A DNA stretch of 64,000 nucleotides from the human T2T-CHM13v2.0 reference genome, Homo sapiens. The stretch lies in the NCBI RefSeq assembly GCF_009914755.1, contig NC_060929.1. One strand, given 5' to 3'. The position numbers were made by a program, and so were the translations under genes. Below the pieces are notes generated by a model. That model was not told the DNA's origin and did not search any database. It saw only the letters and a program-made list of their open reading frames with translations. Shown piece by piece: positions 1-13,283 of this stretch (position 1 is its first letter; each line of letters begins with the position of its first letter).

Positions 1-281
<281 letters not shown>

Positions 282-1366
282 ACAAATTCCATTTTCTTTC
301 TTGTATCCGTGTGTTTTTTAACAGTCTTCCAACTCTCTTCTCCTAAGGATCATCTTCCTCATATTCTATCTCCTCAAATTACCAATATAAATCTATTTAT
401 TCTTTAATGTTCCTTTATCATCTCTCTTTGCATTCCATCTCTACTCCCATGTCCAATTTCTCTCCATGGGAAGCTGTTCTTCTCTGCACGTCCTAGCACT
501 TATTTCTGCAACTCTTTGATAAATTTATAATGTTTTGCTCTCTTCCACTTCTTTTGTTGATTCCTTTTTTTCATGTCTTGTCACTTCAGACTGTAAGAAT
601 GCTGAACACATTCTTTTACTGTTTTATACTTATCTGTGTACCATACGGTGCTCAGAGTTGTTGGTTGATTAATTAGATGCATGTAGTTCACTGAGACACA
701 ATAATATCTCTTGGATTTATACAAGTAATAAACAAGTAGGGACTATGAAATAAGTTTTCTGCTCTGCATGGACCTAACTCCAAGTATCACAATAAAGTAG
801 AATTTGGGTGGTTTATAAAAAGATCAGATGCCAGACAGAGAATTTAAGTGTTGCATATGTAATGCAAAATAATCAATGCAAATGGATGACTAACAGCAAG
901 ATGTTGACTATTATAGGAAACTGTTCACTGGCTGTAAATCATACTCTAGGAAAACCACCGCAAATCCTTTTCAAAATACCCATCTATATCTAAGAGGCAA
1001 ACCATCAAAAAGCAAGAAAGCTTAGAAAATGTCATGACGGGAGGTACAAGAAGGGGAAAATGTGCAAGAAATGTTTTTCATAATAAAAAGGTCTTAAGAG
1101 AAATGAAGTCTCTGTTTTGTACTATTTTATAGAAAGTGTTATACAATCAATTATGATGCAAAGTATTGGGGAAACAGGAGTCAAAATAATTATTTTTTAA
1201 AAATGTATTTTTGTAGTTCTATACATTTTGCTCTTGTATTGAAAACCTGAAGATATAGTCATCCCTATCACAGTATAAAACAGTATGCAAAGGACCTTCC
1301 CTGAACCAACAGTATAGATGAAATTAAAACAAACATAAACAAAGTCAGGTAAAAGTTAACAATGGA

Positions 1367-1620
1367 TTTTTTTCTTTTTTTTTTTCGATACAGAGTCTTG
1401 CTCTGTCGCCCATGCTGGAGTGCGGTGGCCGATCTCGGCTCACTGCAACCTCTGCTTCCCGGGTTCAAGCGATTCTCCTGTCTCAGCCACCTGAGTAGCT
1501 GAGATTACAGGCATGTGCCACTGTGCCTGGCGAGTTTTTGTATTTTTAGTAGAGACAAGGGGTTTTGCCATGTTGGCCAGGCTGGTCTCAAACTCCTGAC
1601 CTCAGGTGATCCGCCTGCCT
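1367..1620 (-). mobile_element. Alu SINE (AluS-like), 5'-truncated by about 45 nt
   Basis: Poly-T from 1367, then Alu right arm and left arm ending at ggtgatccgcctgcct. Confidence 0.93.
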
Positions 1621-1765
1621 TTTATGTTGACACAGTTATAAGTCCATGTCTATAATGTGGAGATGAAATACTATTTAACTAAAAGAAGTATGCCATACAC
1701 AAGATTGCCCATTTGGTCACAGAGTTTGATCGCCCAAGCAGACTGATAAAGCAAAACAACTCATT

Positions 1766-3481
1766 CTTTTCGCAAGAGGTTTGCTGTCAGAACACAGATG
1801 TCATGAAAACCACCCCTAAAACCAAAGTGGGAAACAAAAAGACTCATATCAATATCGTTGTCATTGGACATGTAGATTTGGGCAAGTACACCGCTACTGG
1901 CCATCTGACCTACAAATGTGGTGGAATCAACGAAAGAACCATTGAAAATATTGAGAATGAGGCCACTGAGATGAGAAAGAACTCCTTCAAGTATGCCTGG
2001 GTCAGTCTTAATAAACTGTCGAGTGTGAATGTAGTATCATCATTGGTATCGCTCTGTGGAAATTTGAAATCAGCAGGTATTATGTGACTATCATTGATGA
2101 CCCAAGACACAGCTACTTTATTAAAAATCTGATTGCAGGCATATCTCATACTGGCTTGTCCGGATTGTTGCTCCTGGCCTTGGTCATTTTCAAGCTATGT
2201 TTTCCAAGAGTGGATAAACCCATGAGCATGCTTCTCTGGCTCACACACCGGGTATGAAACAACTAATTGTCGGTGTTAACAAAAGTAGAATCCACAGATT
2301 CCACCCTACAACCAGAAGAGATATGAATAAATTGTTAAGGAAGTCAGCCCTCACATTAAGAAAATTGACTTACTACCGTCATAAAGTAGCATTTGTGCCA
2401 ATTTTTGGTTGGGATGGTGAGCCAAGTGCTTGCATGCTTTGGTTCAAGGCATGGAAAGTCATTGATAAAGACAGCAATGCCGGTGGAACCATGCTGCCTG
2501 AAGGTCTGGTTTGCAAACTACCACCAACTCACCCAGCTGACAAGCCATTGCATCTGCCTTTCCAGGATGTCTACAAAATGATATTGGTACTATCCCTGTG
2601 GGCCAAGTGGAGTCTGGTGTTCTGAAACTGGCATGGTGGTCACCTTTCTTTGAGTCAATGTTACAACTGAAGTAAAGTCTGTTGGAAGGTACCATGAAGC
2701 TTTGAGTGAAGCTCTTCCTAAGAACAACGTGGGCTTCAGTTTTAATAATGTGCCTGTCAAGCATGTTCGTTGTGGCAATGTTGCTGGTGACAGCAAATAT
2801 GACCCACCAATGGAAGCATCTGGCTTCACTGCTCAGATGATTATTCGGAAACTTCCAGGCTAAATCAGTGTTAGCTACACCCCTGTACTGAATTGTCACA
2901 CTGCTCACATTGCTGGAAAGTTTGCTGCACTGAAGGAAAAGATTGAGCACTGTTCTGGTAAGAAGCTGGAAAATGACCCTGAATTCTTGAAATTTGGTGA
3001 TGCTTCCATCATTGATAAGATTCCTAGCAAGTGCATGTGTGTTGAGACCTTCTCTAACTATTCTCTTCTGGGTCATTTTGCTGTTCGTCATATGAAACAG
3101 TTGCTTGGGTGTCATCAACGTAGTCGACAAGAAGGTTTATGAAGCTGGCAAGGTAACTAAGTCTGCCCAGACAACTCAGAAGGCTAAATGAATATGATAC
3201 CTCTACCTACCATCCCAGTCTTAATCAGTGGTGGAAGAATGGTCTCAGAACTATTCCTTTCAATTGGCCATTTAAGTTTAACAATAAGTCTGGTTGATGA
3301 TAACAATGCATCGTAAAACCTTCAGAAGGAAAGGAAAGTGTTTTGTGAACTATTTTATTTTTGCATTTGACAATTTTTAGTTATTAGTTTTTAAAATCCA
3401 TACTTTTTAATAGAAACAACTTGACAAAAAATCTATTGCAGAATTTTGAGACCCATTAAAACAAAGCTTAATGAGAAAAAA
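1766..3481 (+). pseudogene. EEF1A1P20: EEF1A1 processed pseudogene (full-length retrocopy; degenerate CDS 1827-3191)
   Basis: Starts with the EEF1A1 5'TOP leader (cttttcgcaa...agaacacag). The start codon is mutated to GTG at 1827 and translation gives [13 protein letters not shown]. It is intronless with several frameshifts and stops, ends KAK-TGA at 3189-3191, has ATTAAA at 3455 and a short A tail, and is flanked by TSDs aaaacaactcatt (1753-1765) / aaagcgactcatt (3479-3491). The paralog number is recalled from locus context, not verified. Confidence 0.93.
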
Positions 3482-6400
3482 GCGACTCATTTTGAGAAAT
3501 ACGAATGAAATATCAATTACCCATTTCTTTGTCAAGAATTGAATGGTAACTCACTTTTAAAGAAAAGCCAGCACATCTGAGACTAAGGATGCATTTTAAT
3601 AAAATAACAGCTTTTTCAAAGAAATACAACATGATTTAAATGTTGAGCTTTCAAGGTTTATTTTTATTTTCTCAATCTGTTGTAGTTTCTGTCAGATGTC
3701 ATGGGTGACGTGGTGTCTGTGTCTCAGAGATAAAGTGAAATGAACCCAAGTCAGAGATGAGAAAGGGTGTCTGACAGATGATGGGCACTTGGGCCCGTGT
3801 GCACCTTGACTATGCTCCCTTTGGGAGGCCATCCCAGTGCCAGTTGGAGTAAATCCACACTGTCCAAACTGTCAAGAGCAGTTTTGTGATATGTGCTTCA
3901 CAGAGTCCCTACAGCTACAAATGGAGACTTGATGCCCTGTGCTCTGAGAAGCCTGATCTTTAAATTATTCTGTTTCAGCCCACCCTTTATAAGTTTCTAT
4001 ATGTACTAATGCAAAATAAGAGGAGTACAATTTCCCCAGTTATACTTCTGTGGTAATAACATGCTTTATACATTTTTAACCTTCCCTGATATCACTGATT
4101 TTCACAGTGTATCTCCTGTAAGTCAAATACATCATTCATGTTCAATTTGTTAGATATGCAAGCAGACATCCTTCAGCATTCAGTAAAATATATATTTTGA
4201 ATCTGTGATAAAATGAGCTAGAATTAGGAATGGAAAATACACGAAGGCTAAATTGAGAAATGAAAACATAAGTAAGTTTCAAAACTAAATCCAAATAAAC
4301 CATGCCACTTTAAAAAAGAATAATACACCTTCCAGATAAGCTTTGGAACAGAAAAAAAAGGCTTATTTTGAAAAATAATGAAAAAGAACAGCACTGAAGA
4401 AGATGTCAAATATTACCAATTATTAGCTATATAGTTAATTAAATAAAAATAAAGCATGCACAAACACAAAACCTGCCCCAAACTATCCAGATAAAAAATA
4501 AAAGAAAATGATTGTTATGCATTCACAAAAAGTAAAAAATCAATAATGCCTGATTTATATGCTTTCTATGCAAGAAATATATTGAAATCTACATGAGACA
4601 AGTTATACTTCAGATAAACACAGCAAGCAATTTTTATAACCCACATCGTAATTTTAGTGTTTTGTTTTCTTTTTGTTTTTCTTTTATCAGTGAACTTCTA
4701 AATACACAAATAGGCATGTGATAACAGTTTAAATTTATCCATGGAAATGGATGAATAATACGAAATAATCACACGGGATACTGGCTGTTGGACTTTTTAA
4801 AAAGTTGTAGTTAGAATCAATATGAACTCACATATTAAAAATGCTAATTTCAGAATTAGGAATATTTCTGCATTGATAAAGTAGGAAAAAATGGATTTGA
4901 CTTATGTTCAGGGAAAATTCTAAATCAATATGCTGTTGTAAAATTTGAAAAGCAAAGGTATGAAAATACATCATCTCAATTAGACATTAACCTAGCCTCT
5001 TTGGGAAATATCAAAATTAGTTTCTTCTTTACTTACTATTTAATTCACTGAGTTCATCTTTAAATTGATCATAACTCTATTACAAAATAAGTTCAAATTT
5101 TTTTGACTTTTAAAACACTTACCCTAGGAACATCTATCTGAAGAAACTGTTTTAAAATAGTTTTTTTCTTTTTAGAAAAGGTGGTTATTTTTTCTGAGAT
5201 GAAAGAATTTGGGGATCAATATACACAATTTTCAATCTCTTGAAACTGTATTATTTTTGGATGGCATGGTCATAATAACACTTACATCTGATTACTTATA
5301 AGTCTTTTATTCAATCTATTCAAGTCTCTATATTATTCCATACTTTCATTATGGGGATTTGGAATTGCTCATATTGGAAAAGCACATGCCAACTCAGGAG
5401 TGAATTTAGTTACAAATGTGAACACGCGCAGGAAAGTAGTTTCCATTTTTTATAAGAATGGACCTTTGAGAGCAAACCCTATTTATTGCTATTCATCACA
5501 TAATGAAATGGAAATTTTGGCAAAACCAAACAAGTAATATACTAAATTAAAGCAATAGTAACTAATATTGTTGATGTATTTAGGTACTAAGTTCTATAGC
5601 TATCAATTTTTATGTGTAGAATCATGTATTTATATAAAATTTCTATATAGTAATGAATATATAGTTTGAAATTAAAATAATAATGCTTAAGGTATTTCAT
5701 AATTTACAAGTGTCATATTTCATCATTAATATATAAGTAGATATTTGCTAAACAAATCCAAACTTTAAAAAATATATTTATTTCCATTTAATTATCCTCT
5801 ACTAGATTAAGCATCTATTTTTGGAAGCGGTACACATTTATTTAACTTTCCTATATCCCTTAAATAAGTAAAGACAGATATATATAGTCTGGTAAAAAAA
5901 TGAATAGGGCTTGTAAGTAACTCTTTTATCATAAAGAGGATAAAGTTTGAAGGAGGATTCAGTCAGTTTATTTCTAATACAATTAGGAAAACAAAGAAGA
6001 TAATATTTAATTTACAGGACAAATATTAATAATGTAAAATGTCTTCTAAAGGCTGTTGCAGTGGAAATTGGTATTTTATTCCAAACAGGCAAATGTTTAC
6101 GAAGCAAAATATTAGCATAGGCCATTTCATAGGGTAATCACCATTGCATCCCCTGCATCTGTAAGAGTAACTCGTATACAGTAGATACTTAATATATATT
6201 TGATAATTACTAAATTGATAAATATATGCCTTTTTCTTTTCCTGAGACACAATATCATATGTCTTTACTTGTAGACAGTTTTCACTTGATAGAGGTTTTA
6301 CAGACTATTTATAGGCCTTTTGGGTCATAAATAAATTGTGAACTTAAAAAAGAGAGAGAGTTTATGTTTTTCAAGGTGGGCCTTTGAGAATGGAAAAAGG

Positions 6401-6656
6401 TAAAACCATCATAATGATGTAACTATATTTCAATTTATATTAGACATAATATCAATTTGAAGAATGTGTGTTTTGTTAAAAACCCCATGTATATTTACAA
6501 TAGAAGAATTTGACACATTTTCTAATAGTCTTTGATATTCTTCACATTTCTACTCCTTATACTATGAAAAATATGACACAACACATGCTAAAATGTTTGC
6601 CCTAGTGTGAACAGCATCTTTATATATAGATACTAGCTATCCCATAGTCAAAAATT

Positions 6657-7151
6657 GTTATTATTTTATTTTATTTTATTATTATTGTACTTTAAGTTTT
6701 AGGGTACATGTGCACATTGTGCAGGTTAGTTACATATGTATACATGTGCCATGCTGGTGTGCTGCACCCATTAACTCGTCATTGAGCATTAGGTATATCT
6801 CCTAAAGCTATCCCTCACCGTTCCCCCCACCCCACAACAGACCCCAGAGTGTGATGTTCCCCTTCCTGTGTCCATGTGTTCTCATTGTTCAATTCCCACC
6901 TATGAGTGAGAATATGTGGTGTTTGGTTTTTTGTTCTTGCGATAGTTTACTGAGAATGATGATTTCCAATTTCATCCATGTCCCTACAAAGGACATGAAC
7001 TCATCATTTTTTATGGCTGCATAGTATTCCATGTTGTATATGTGCCACATTTTCTTAATCCAGTCTATCATTGTTGGACATTTGGGTTGGTTCCAAGTCT
7101 TTGCTATTGTGAATAGTGCCGCAATAAACATACGTGTGCATGTGTCTTTAT
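6657..7151 (-). mobile_element. 5'-truncated young L1 (L1PA3/4-like) 3' end
   Basis: ORF2 C-terminus MFIAALFTIAKTWNQPKCP...SLIGGN, L1PA 3'UTR, (tattt)n tail, and a perfect 13-bp TSD atagtcaaaaatt at 6644-6656 and 7152-7164. Confidence 0.95.
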
Positions 7152-7699
7152 ATAGTCAAAAATTAAAACAATTCCAGAAAGCAGTCACCATTGGAATGTG
7201 GAAGAAGAGATTCTAGCTCTGGGGTTGTTCACACAGGCAGGTGAGTAACTGGGACTAGAGAGGATATAATACTGAAGGTAAGTAAATGGCAACTAGAAAA
7301 TCTGCCACCAGCTGAAAAGGACAAGTGCTCATGGTTAGGTCCCTGATATTCTGGTAAATGAGAAGGCACTTTTATCAACAAGCATCAGTTTAACTCTTTT
7401 TAACCTTATCTACTCTACTCCATAAATCAATTTCTTTAGAGAAAGACAGATGAGAGATCAATAAATGTATTCTTGGATATGTGGCTATGCTTTGTCAGAG
7501 GAAGGCAGAAAGCCTTGTCTGACAATTATTCAGACACAAATATTAGATGATTTCCCACTATGTACAAAACACCGTTCAAATATTTGGATAAAAATCTGAA
7601 AAAAAAACAAGGCATATATTCCTGAAAATATCTGAGAATATTCACTTAAGGTCATGGCTAAAATGTCATGATGATGTTCATGATAATGTCCTCCTAGCA

Positions 7700-8030
7700 G
7701 AAGGAGATAAACTCTAAGGAATAACAGGGGACTGAACATGTAAATCCCGCTGGGGCTTTAATTTGTATTGTAAGATGGGAAAATATGGAGAATCCTGATG
7801 AGGAGTGATGTGGTTTAATTTACTTTTTAATAGAATCGTGTTGGCTGCTCTACTGAGAAAAGACTGTAGAGAGCTACATTTGGGAAGCAAAAAGAGCAGA
7901 GAGCAGGGTTTTGTAATTGAGGTATGAGACACTGGGAAATATGGAAATAGTAAGAAGAGGATAGTTCTCGATATAGATTAAAACTTAGGTCAACAGGATT
8001 TGTGGAGGGATTGTATATAAAAGGAATCAA
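7700..8030 (-). mobile_element. L2 LINE fragment
   Basis: Degenerate L2-like motifs (gtgatgtggtttaatttactttt...tggctgct; ggtcaacaggatttgtggagggattg); boundaries approximate. Confidence 0.55.
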
Positions 8031-9750
8031 TATAGTAGATCAAGACTGAATGCAGCAGGGAAGAATATTTCCCAAAAGATAAATAGGGATGTGGCTACCA
8101 GAAGAAGGAGCAATGATGCTTAGTTGGCAGAAGCAACAAATGTCCACAACAGCTCCCGAGAAAGCTCAATAGACATAACACAAAACGAGAGGAGGCCCGT
8201 TATCACCACCGCGACACAAGGTCAGGAATGGATCATCAGTGGAAGCCATTTGATATTAATGTCTGGGATTTGTACTACAATTTCTTAAGTTTCTCATACC
8301 CAGGAACTTGGTTGATTCTACCATATATGTAGGACTAATTATACAAGACTTGGCCATGTAGTACTTTCTGTTGGTAAACAAGGAACTAAAAGGCTGGAAA
8401 ATAGTAAAGGAAAATATAAAATGTGCATGGTATATCGTTTAGCATTTATAAGGAAATAAGAAATATTAATGACTAGGCCAATGTTAGTTTTACCTTATTG
8501 CTACATACTCAATGCTGGTAACTGACCCCGAGCAACAAAAGTTCCTGATATGGTTTTCTTTTTCCCCATGAGTACAGAAAACAAGACTGCACAAGATCTT
8601 TCTCTAGTTATACAAGAAACAAGAAATAAGTAGAAGAAGTAGAGGCATTGTTTCCATTCTAAACGTTCTAGCCTGGAGCAAATCAAAGTATTTCAGTTAA
8701 GATTTAATCAGAGACTAAAATGAATTCAGTAAATGTGAACTGACTTTCTAACCGAAGGATATTATTACCATGTGGGTAGAAGTCATAATACATTTTAAAA
8801 CACACACATTTGAAATTCTAAAATACTTTATGATGTAGAATAAAACAAAGTATTTTCTGAGTGATATTGTGCTCTGCATAACAACATTCAGTCAATAACA
8901 ACCTGCATATATGACAGTGGTCCCGTAAGATTATAATGGAGCCGAAAAATTCACATCACCTAGTGACATTGTGTAGCCATAGTAATGTCCTAGTGTAATC
9001 ATTTTTGTGTGTTTGTGTTGATGCTGGTAGAAACAATATTAAATAAACCTTCTGCCAGTCATATAAAAGTATAGCATGTACAATTATGTCTAGTACACAA
9101 TACTTGATAATGACATAAACAACTATGTTACTGATTTATATATTTACTATACTATACTTTTTTATCATTATTTTAGAATGTACCCCTTTTACTTACTAAC
9201 AACAACAACAACAACAAAAGGATACTTGTAAAACAGTCTAGGGCAAGTCCTTCGAGAGGTATTACAGAAGAAGGCATTGTTGTCATAGGCAATGACAGCT
9301 CCATATGTGTTATTGCCCCTGAAGACACCTTCCAGTGGGAAAAGATGTGGAGGTGAAAGACAATGATATTGATAATGCTGAACCAGTGTCGAGCTAGTCT
9401 AATGTGTATCTTTATGTCTTAATTTTTAACAAAAATTTAAAGAACAAAAAATTAAAATAATATGAAAATAGGAAAAAAGCTTATAAAGATATAAAGAAAC
9501 ATATGTTTTTGTTTTTCTTTAACAAAAATGGTATTTATTTTTAAAGCAGACTCTTTAAAAATCTTTATCCAAAGTGAAAAGTAGCTTTTAAGAGGGAAAA
9601 GATGATATATTTTATCATAATTTGTCTAATTATCTACATGACTTTAAATATTTTCTATTTATTCAGAATAAATATTCTCTTGCAGAGAAAAGTAAGCCCA
9701 GTAATAGTTATATTATTTCAAGAGTATCAACCATACTTTCAGAGTACACT

Positions 9751-9838
9751 TATTTTATTTTTACTAACTTTTATTTTAGTTTCAGGGGCACATGTGCAGG
9801 TTTGTTACATAGATCAAGTGCGTGTCAGTGAGGTTTGG
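9751..9838 (-). mobile_element. Short L1 3'-terminal fragment (L1PB/L1MA-like) nested in Tigger3
   Basis: ttttattttagtttcaggggcacatgtgcaggtttgttacata...gaggtttgg is the reverse complement of an L1 3' end with its A tail. Confidence 0.75.
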
Positions 9839-9867
9839 TACAATGTGTTTATGTTATATGCTTTGTT

Positions 9868-10224
9868 TGATATGTTGGCTCTGTGTCCCCACACAAATCT
9901 CATCTCAAATTTTAATCTCCATGTGTTGAAGGAGGGACCTGGCAGGAGGTGATTGAATCATGGGGGCAGTTTCCCTCATGTTGTTCTCATGATAGTGAGT
10001 GAGTTCTCAAGAGATCTTGTTGTTTAAAAGTGTTTGGCAGTTCCTCCCTCACTCTGGTTCTCTCCTGCCGCCATACGAAGAAAGTCCTTACTTCCCCTTT
10101 GCCTTCTGCCATGATTGTAGTTTCCTGAGACCTCCTCAGCCTGTGAGTCAATTAAACCTTTTTTATTCATAAATTACCCAGTCTCAGGTAGTTCTTTATA
10201 GTAGTGTGAAAACAGACTAATACA
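9868..10224 (+). mobile_element. MST (MSTA-like) ERVL-MaLR solo LTR nested in Tigger3
   Basis: TG...CA termini (tgatatgttggctctgtgtcccc ... gaaaacagactaataca) and a 5-bp TSD ttgtt/gtgtt. Confidence 0.88.
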
Positions 10225-11277
10225 GTGTTATTACAAAAGAGTCAAAAAGTTAAAAATTAAAAGTGTATAAAGTGAAAAAGTTTCATTAAGTGTAGGTTAA
10301 TTTATTATTGAAGAAAGAAAGTTTTAAAAATAAATTTAGTGTAGGCTAAGTGTACAGTGTTCAGTAGTATACAGTAATGTACTAAGCCTTAACATTCACT
10401 CATCACTCATTCACTGACTCACCTAGTGGAATTTCCAGTCTTACAAGCTCCTTTCCTGACAACTACTTTATACAGGTGTACCATTTTTTTAAATCTTTTA
10501 TACTGTATTTTTACTGTGTCCTTTTAGGTTTATATATGTTTAGATACACAAATACTTTGTATTGTGTTACAATTGCCTTTAGTCTTCATAATATTTATAT
10601 GCTGTACAGGTTTGTCACCTGGGAGCAATAGGCTATATCATATAGCCTAAGTGTATAGTAAGCCTAGGTACGTAGTAGGCTATACAATCTAGGTTTGTGT
10701 AAGTACACTCTACAGTGTTTATAAAATGAAGAAATCCCCTAACAAAATAATGCATTTCTCAGAATGTATCCTCATTGTTGACACATGAGTATATATGCAT
10801 AAAAATAATTTTAAATGTACTATAATTGTGTGACAGAGTATATTCTTCTTGGTCAACTGGAAATGTTAACAAATTAACATAATATTATTTATCTAATTTA
10901 AATTCTATTTCAAATAGTGATAATATCAAGATTTTGCCTCATCTTAAACCCAGTAACATGTTAAGACAGTCATTGGAAGAATATGTATGTATAACACAAG
11001 GCTTAGCAAGCAAAAACACTGCTGAATACATATTGCAGTTATTAATATTTGTCTACTGACAGGAAGTTTAATTTTTCCCATTTTTTTCCTAAACTTTCTT
11101 TTCATTTTGATTCTTTGTTAGTACTCACACAAGCAAAAAGATGCTCTTTGTGGTGGTCTTGACTTTGTTACAGTGTTAATAATTCATTCAAATCAATTCC
11201 AAAATCTTCTGATCTCACCCTTTATTATCTGTAGGCATCCCTGATGTATGCTACTTAACTGTAAGAGCAGATATGCA

Positions 11278-11572
11278 GGCTGGGTGCAGTGGCTCATACC
11301 TGTAAACTTTGGGAGGCCAAGGCAGAAGGATCACTCTAGCCCAGGAGTTTGAGACCAGCCTGGACAATGTAGGGAGACTCCATCTTTAAAAATAATTTAA
11401 AAATTAGCCAGGTGTGGTGACATGCACTTATTGTCCCAGCTTCTTGGGAGGCTGAGGTGGGAGGATTGCCTGAGCCCAAGATGTCAAGATTCCAGTGAGC
11501 CCTGATCACACCACTGCACTCCAGCCTGGGAGACAAAGGGAGATCCTGTCTTAAAAAAAAAAAAAAAAAAAA
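11278..11572 (+). mobile_element. Alu SINE (AluJ-like)
   Basis: Dimeric Alu with poly-A; degenerate TSD aagagcagatatg / aaaagcggatatg. Confidence 0.93.
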
Positions 11573-11692
11573 GCGGATATGTGTGACATAGTAAGTGGGA
11601 AGACAGTCCCAGTAAGTAAAGCTCTGAAGCAACAACCACTGAGAGTAAAGAATGCACTTAAAAGATACACAGTCTACAAGTTCCCTCCTGTC

Positions 11693-12944
11693 TTTTAATA
11701 AATATTTTTATGAATATGTTGGAGTTGTACATAGTTATGGGGTACATGTGATTTTTGATACATATGTACAATGTAGAATAATCAAATCAGGATAATTAGA
11801 ATATCCATCAGGTCAAGAATTTATCTTTGCTTTGTGTTGGGAACATTACAATTATTCTCATTAGCAATTTTGAAACCTACATAATTTCTCCACTTTACTA
11901 TTAAATACTAGAATGTATTCTTTCTATTTAACTGTATTTTTGTATCCATTAACCAATTTCTCTTCATCCCTCTCCCATTCCCTTCCCAGCCTCTGATGAC
12001 CACCATTCTATGCTTTACCTCCATAAAATCTACTTTTTCAGTTTTCACGTAATAACGAGAACATGCAGTATTTGTCTTTCTGTACCTGGCTTATTTCACT
12101 TAACATGACACCCAGTTCCACCCATGTCCCTGCAAATGACAAGATTTTATCCTTGTTTATAGCTAAATAATATTCCATTGTGTATACATACTACATTTTC
12201 TTTATCCATTCATCCATTGATAGACACTTGGGTTGATTCCATTGCTTGGCTATTGTGAATAGTTCTGCAATAAACGTGGTAGTGCAGACATATCTTCTAT
12301 ATACTTATTTCCTTTCTTCTGGAGGTATACTCAACAGTAGAACTGCTGGATCATATGGCAGTTCTATTTTTAGTTTTCTGAGGAACCTCCATACTGTTTT
12401 TCAAAATGAATGTACTACTTTACATTTCCACCAACATTATGTAGGTGTTCCCTTTCTCTGCATCCTCACCAGTATTTGTTATTTTTTGTCTTTTTGATAA
12501 TAGGCTTTAAACTGGGGTGAAATAATATCTCATTGTGTTTTTGATTTGTGTTTCCTTAATGATTAGTGATGTTGAGAATTTGTTTATATGCCTGTTAGCC
12601 ATTTATATGTGTTCATTTGTGAAATGCATATTTGAATCTTTTACCCACTTTTAAATTGGGTTGATTTTTGCTAATGAGTTGCTTGAGTTCTTTACATAGT
12701 CTGGTTATTAATCTCTTGTCAGATGGATAGTTCACAAATATTTTCTTCCATTTTGGAGGATTTATCATCATTTTGTTGATTGTTTCCTTTGTTGTGCAAA
12801 ATTCTTTTCAGCTTGATGTAATTTCATTTGTCTATTTTGGCTTTTGTGGCCTGTGCTTGAGATTTTACCCCCAAAAATCTTTGCCTGGCTAAATATCCTG
12901 AAGTGTCTCCCCAATGTTTTCTTCTAGTGGTTTCATAGTTGCAG
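11693..12944 (-). mobile_element. L1 (L1MA-like) 3' portion
   Basis: Reverse-complement L1 3'UTR and ORF2 end (ggggtacatgtgatttttgatac; aaataatattccattgtgtatacatac; ccaatgttttcttctagtggtttcatagt). Confidence 0.88.
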
Positions 12945-13009
12945 TATATGAAATCAACATACAAAAATCAGTGGCATTTCTATACACTACAAGAAATCAA
13001 TCTGAAAAA
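12937..13009 (+). mobile_element. Inverted L1 ORF2 segment joined to the preceding L1
   Basis: agttgcagtatatgaaatcaacatacaaaaatcagtggcatttctatacac corresponds to the ORF2 GYKINIQKSVAFLY region in the opposite orientation. Confidence 0.75.
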
Positions 13010-13038
13010 ACAACAACAACAACAACAACAACAACAAA

Positions 13039-13283
<245 letters not shown>

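Larger units (their letters stand above)
8863..10791 (+). mobile_element. Tigger3-family (Tigger3b/GOLEM) DNA transposon, interrupted by nested insertions
   Basis: Left end gcataacaacattcagtcaa...ggtcccgtaagattataatggagccgaaaaattc and right end tgcatttctcagaatgtatcctc...catgagt match Tigger3 termini. Confidence 0.8.

Noticed and set aside
2459-3130. 223-aa minus-strand ORF, the longest in the track
   Set aside because: It is the antisense shadow of the EEF1A1 pseudogene; there is no independent protein similarity that I recognise
7236-7248. Strong splice-donor-like caggtgagt (also an acceptor-like site near 13609)
   Set aside because: Isolated motifs with no supportable exon chain or ORF; a lncRNA cannot be called without transcript data
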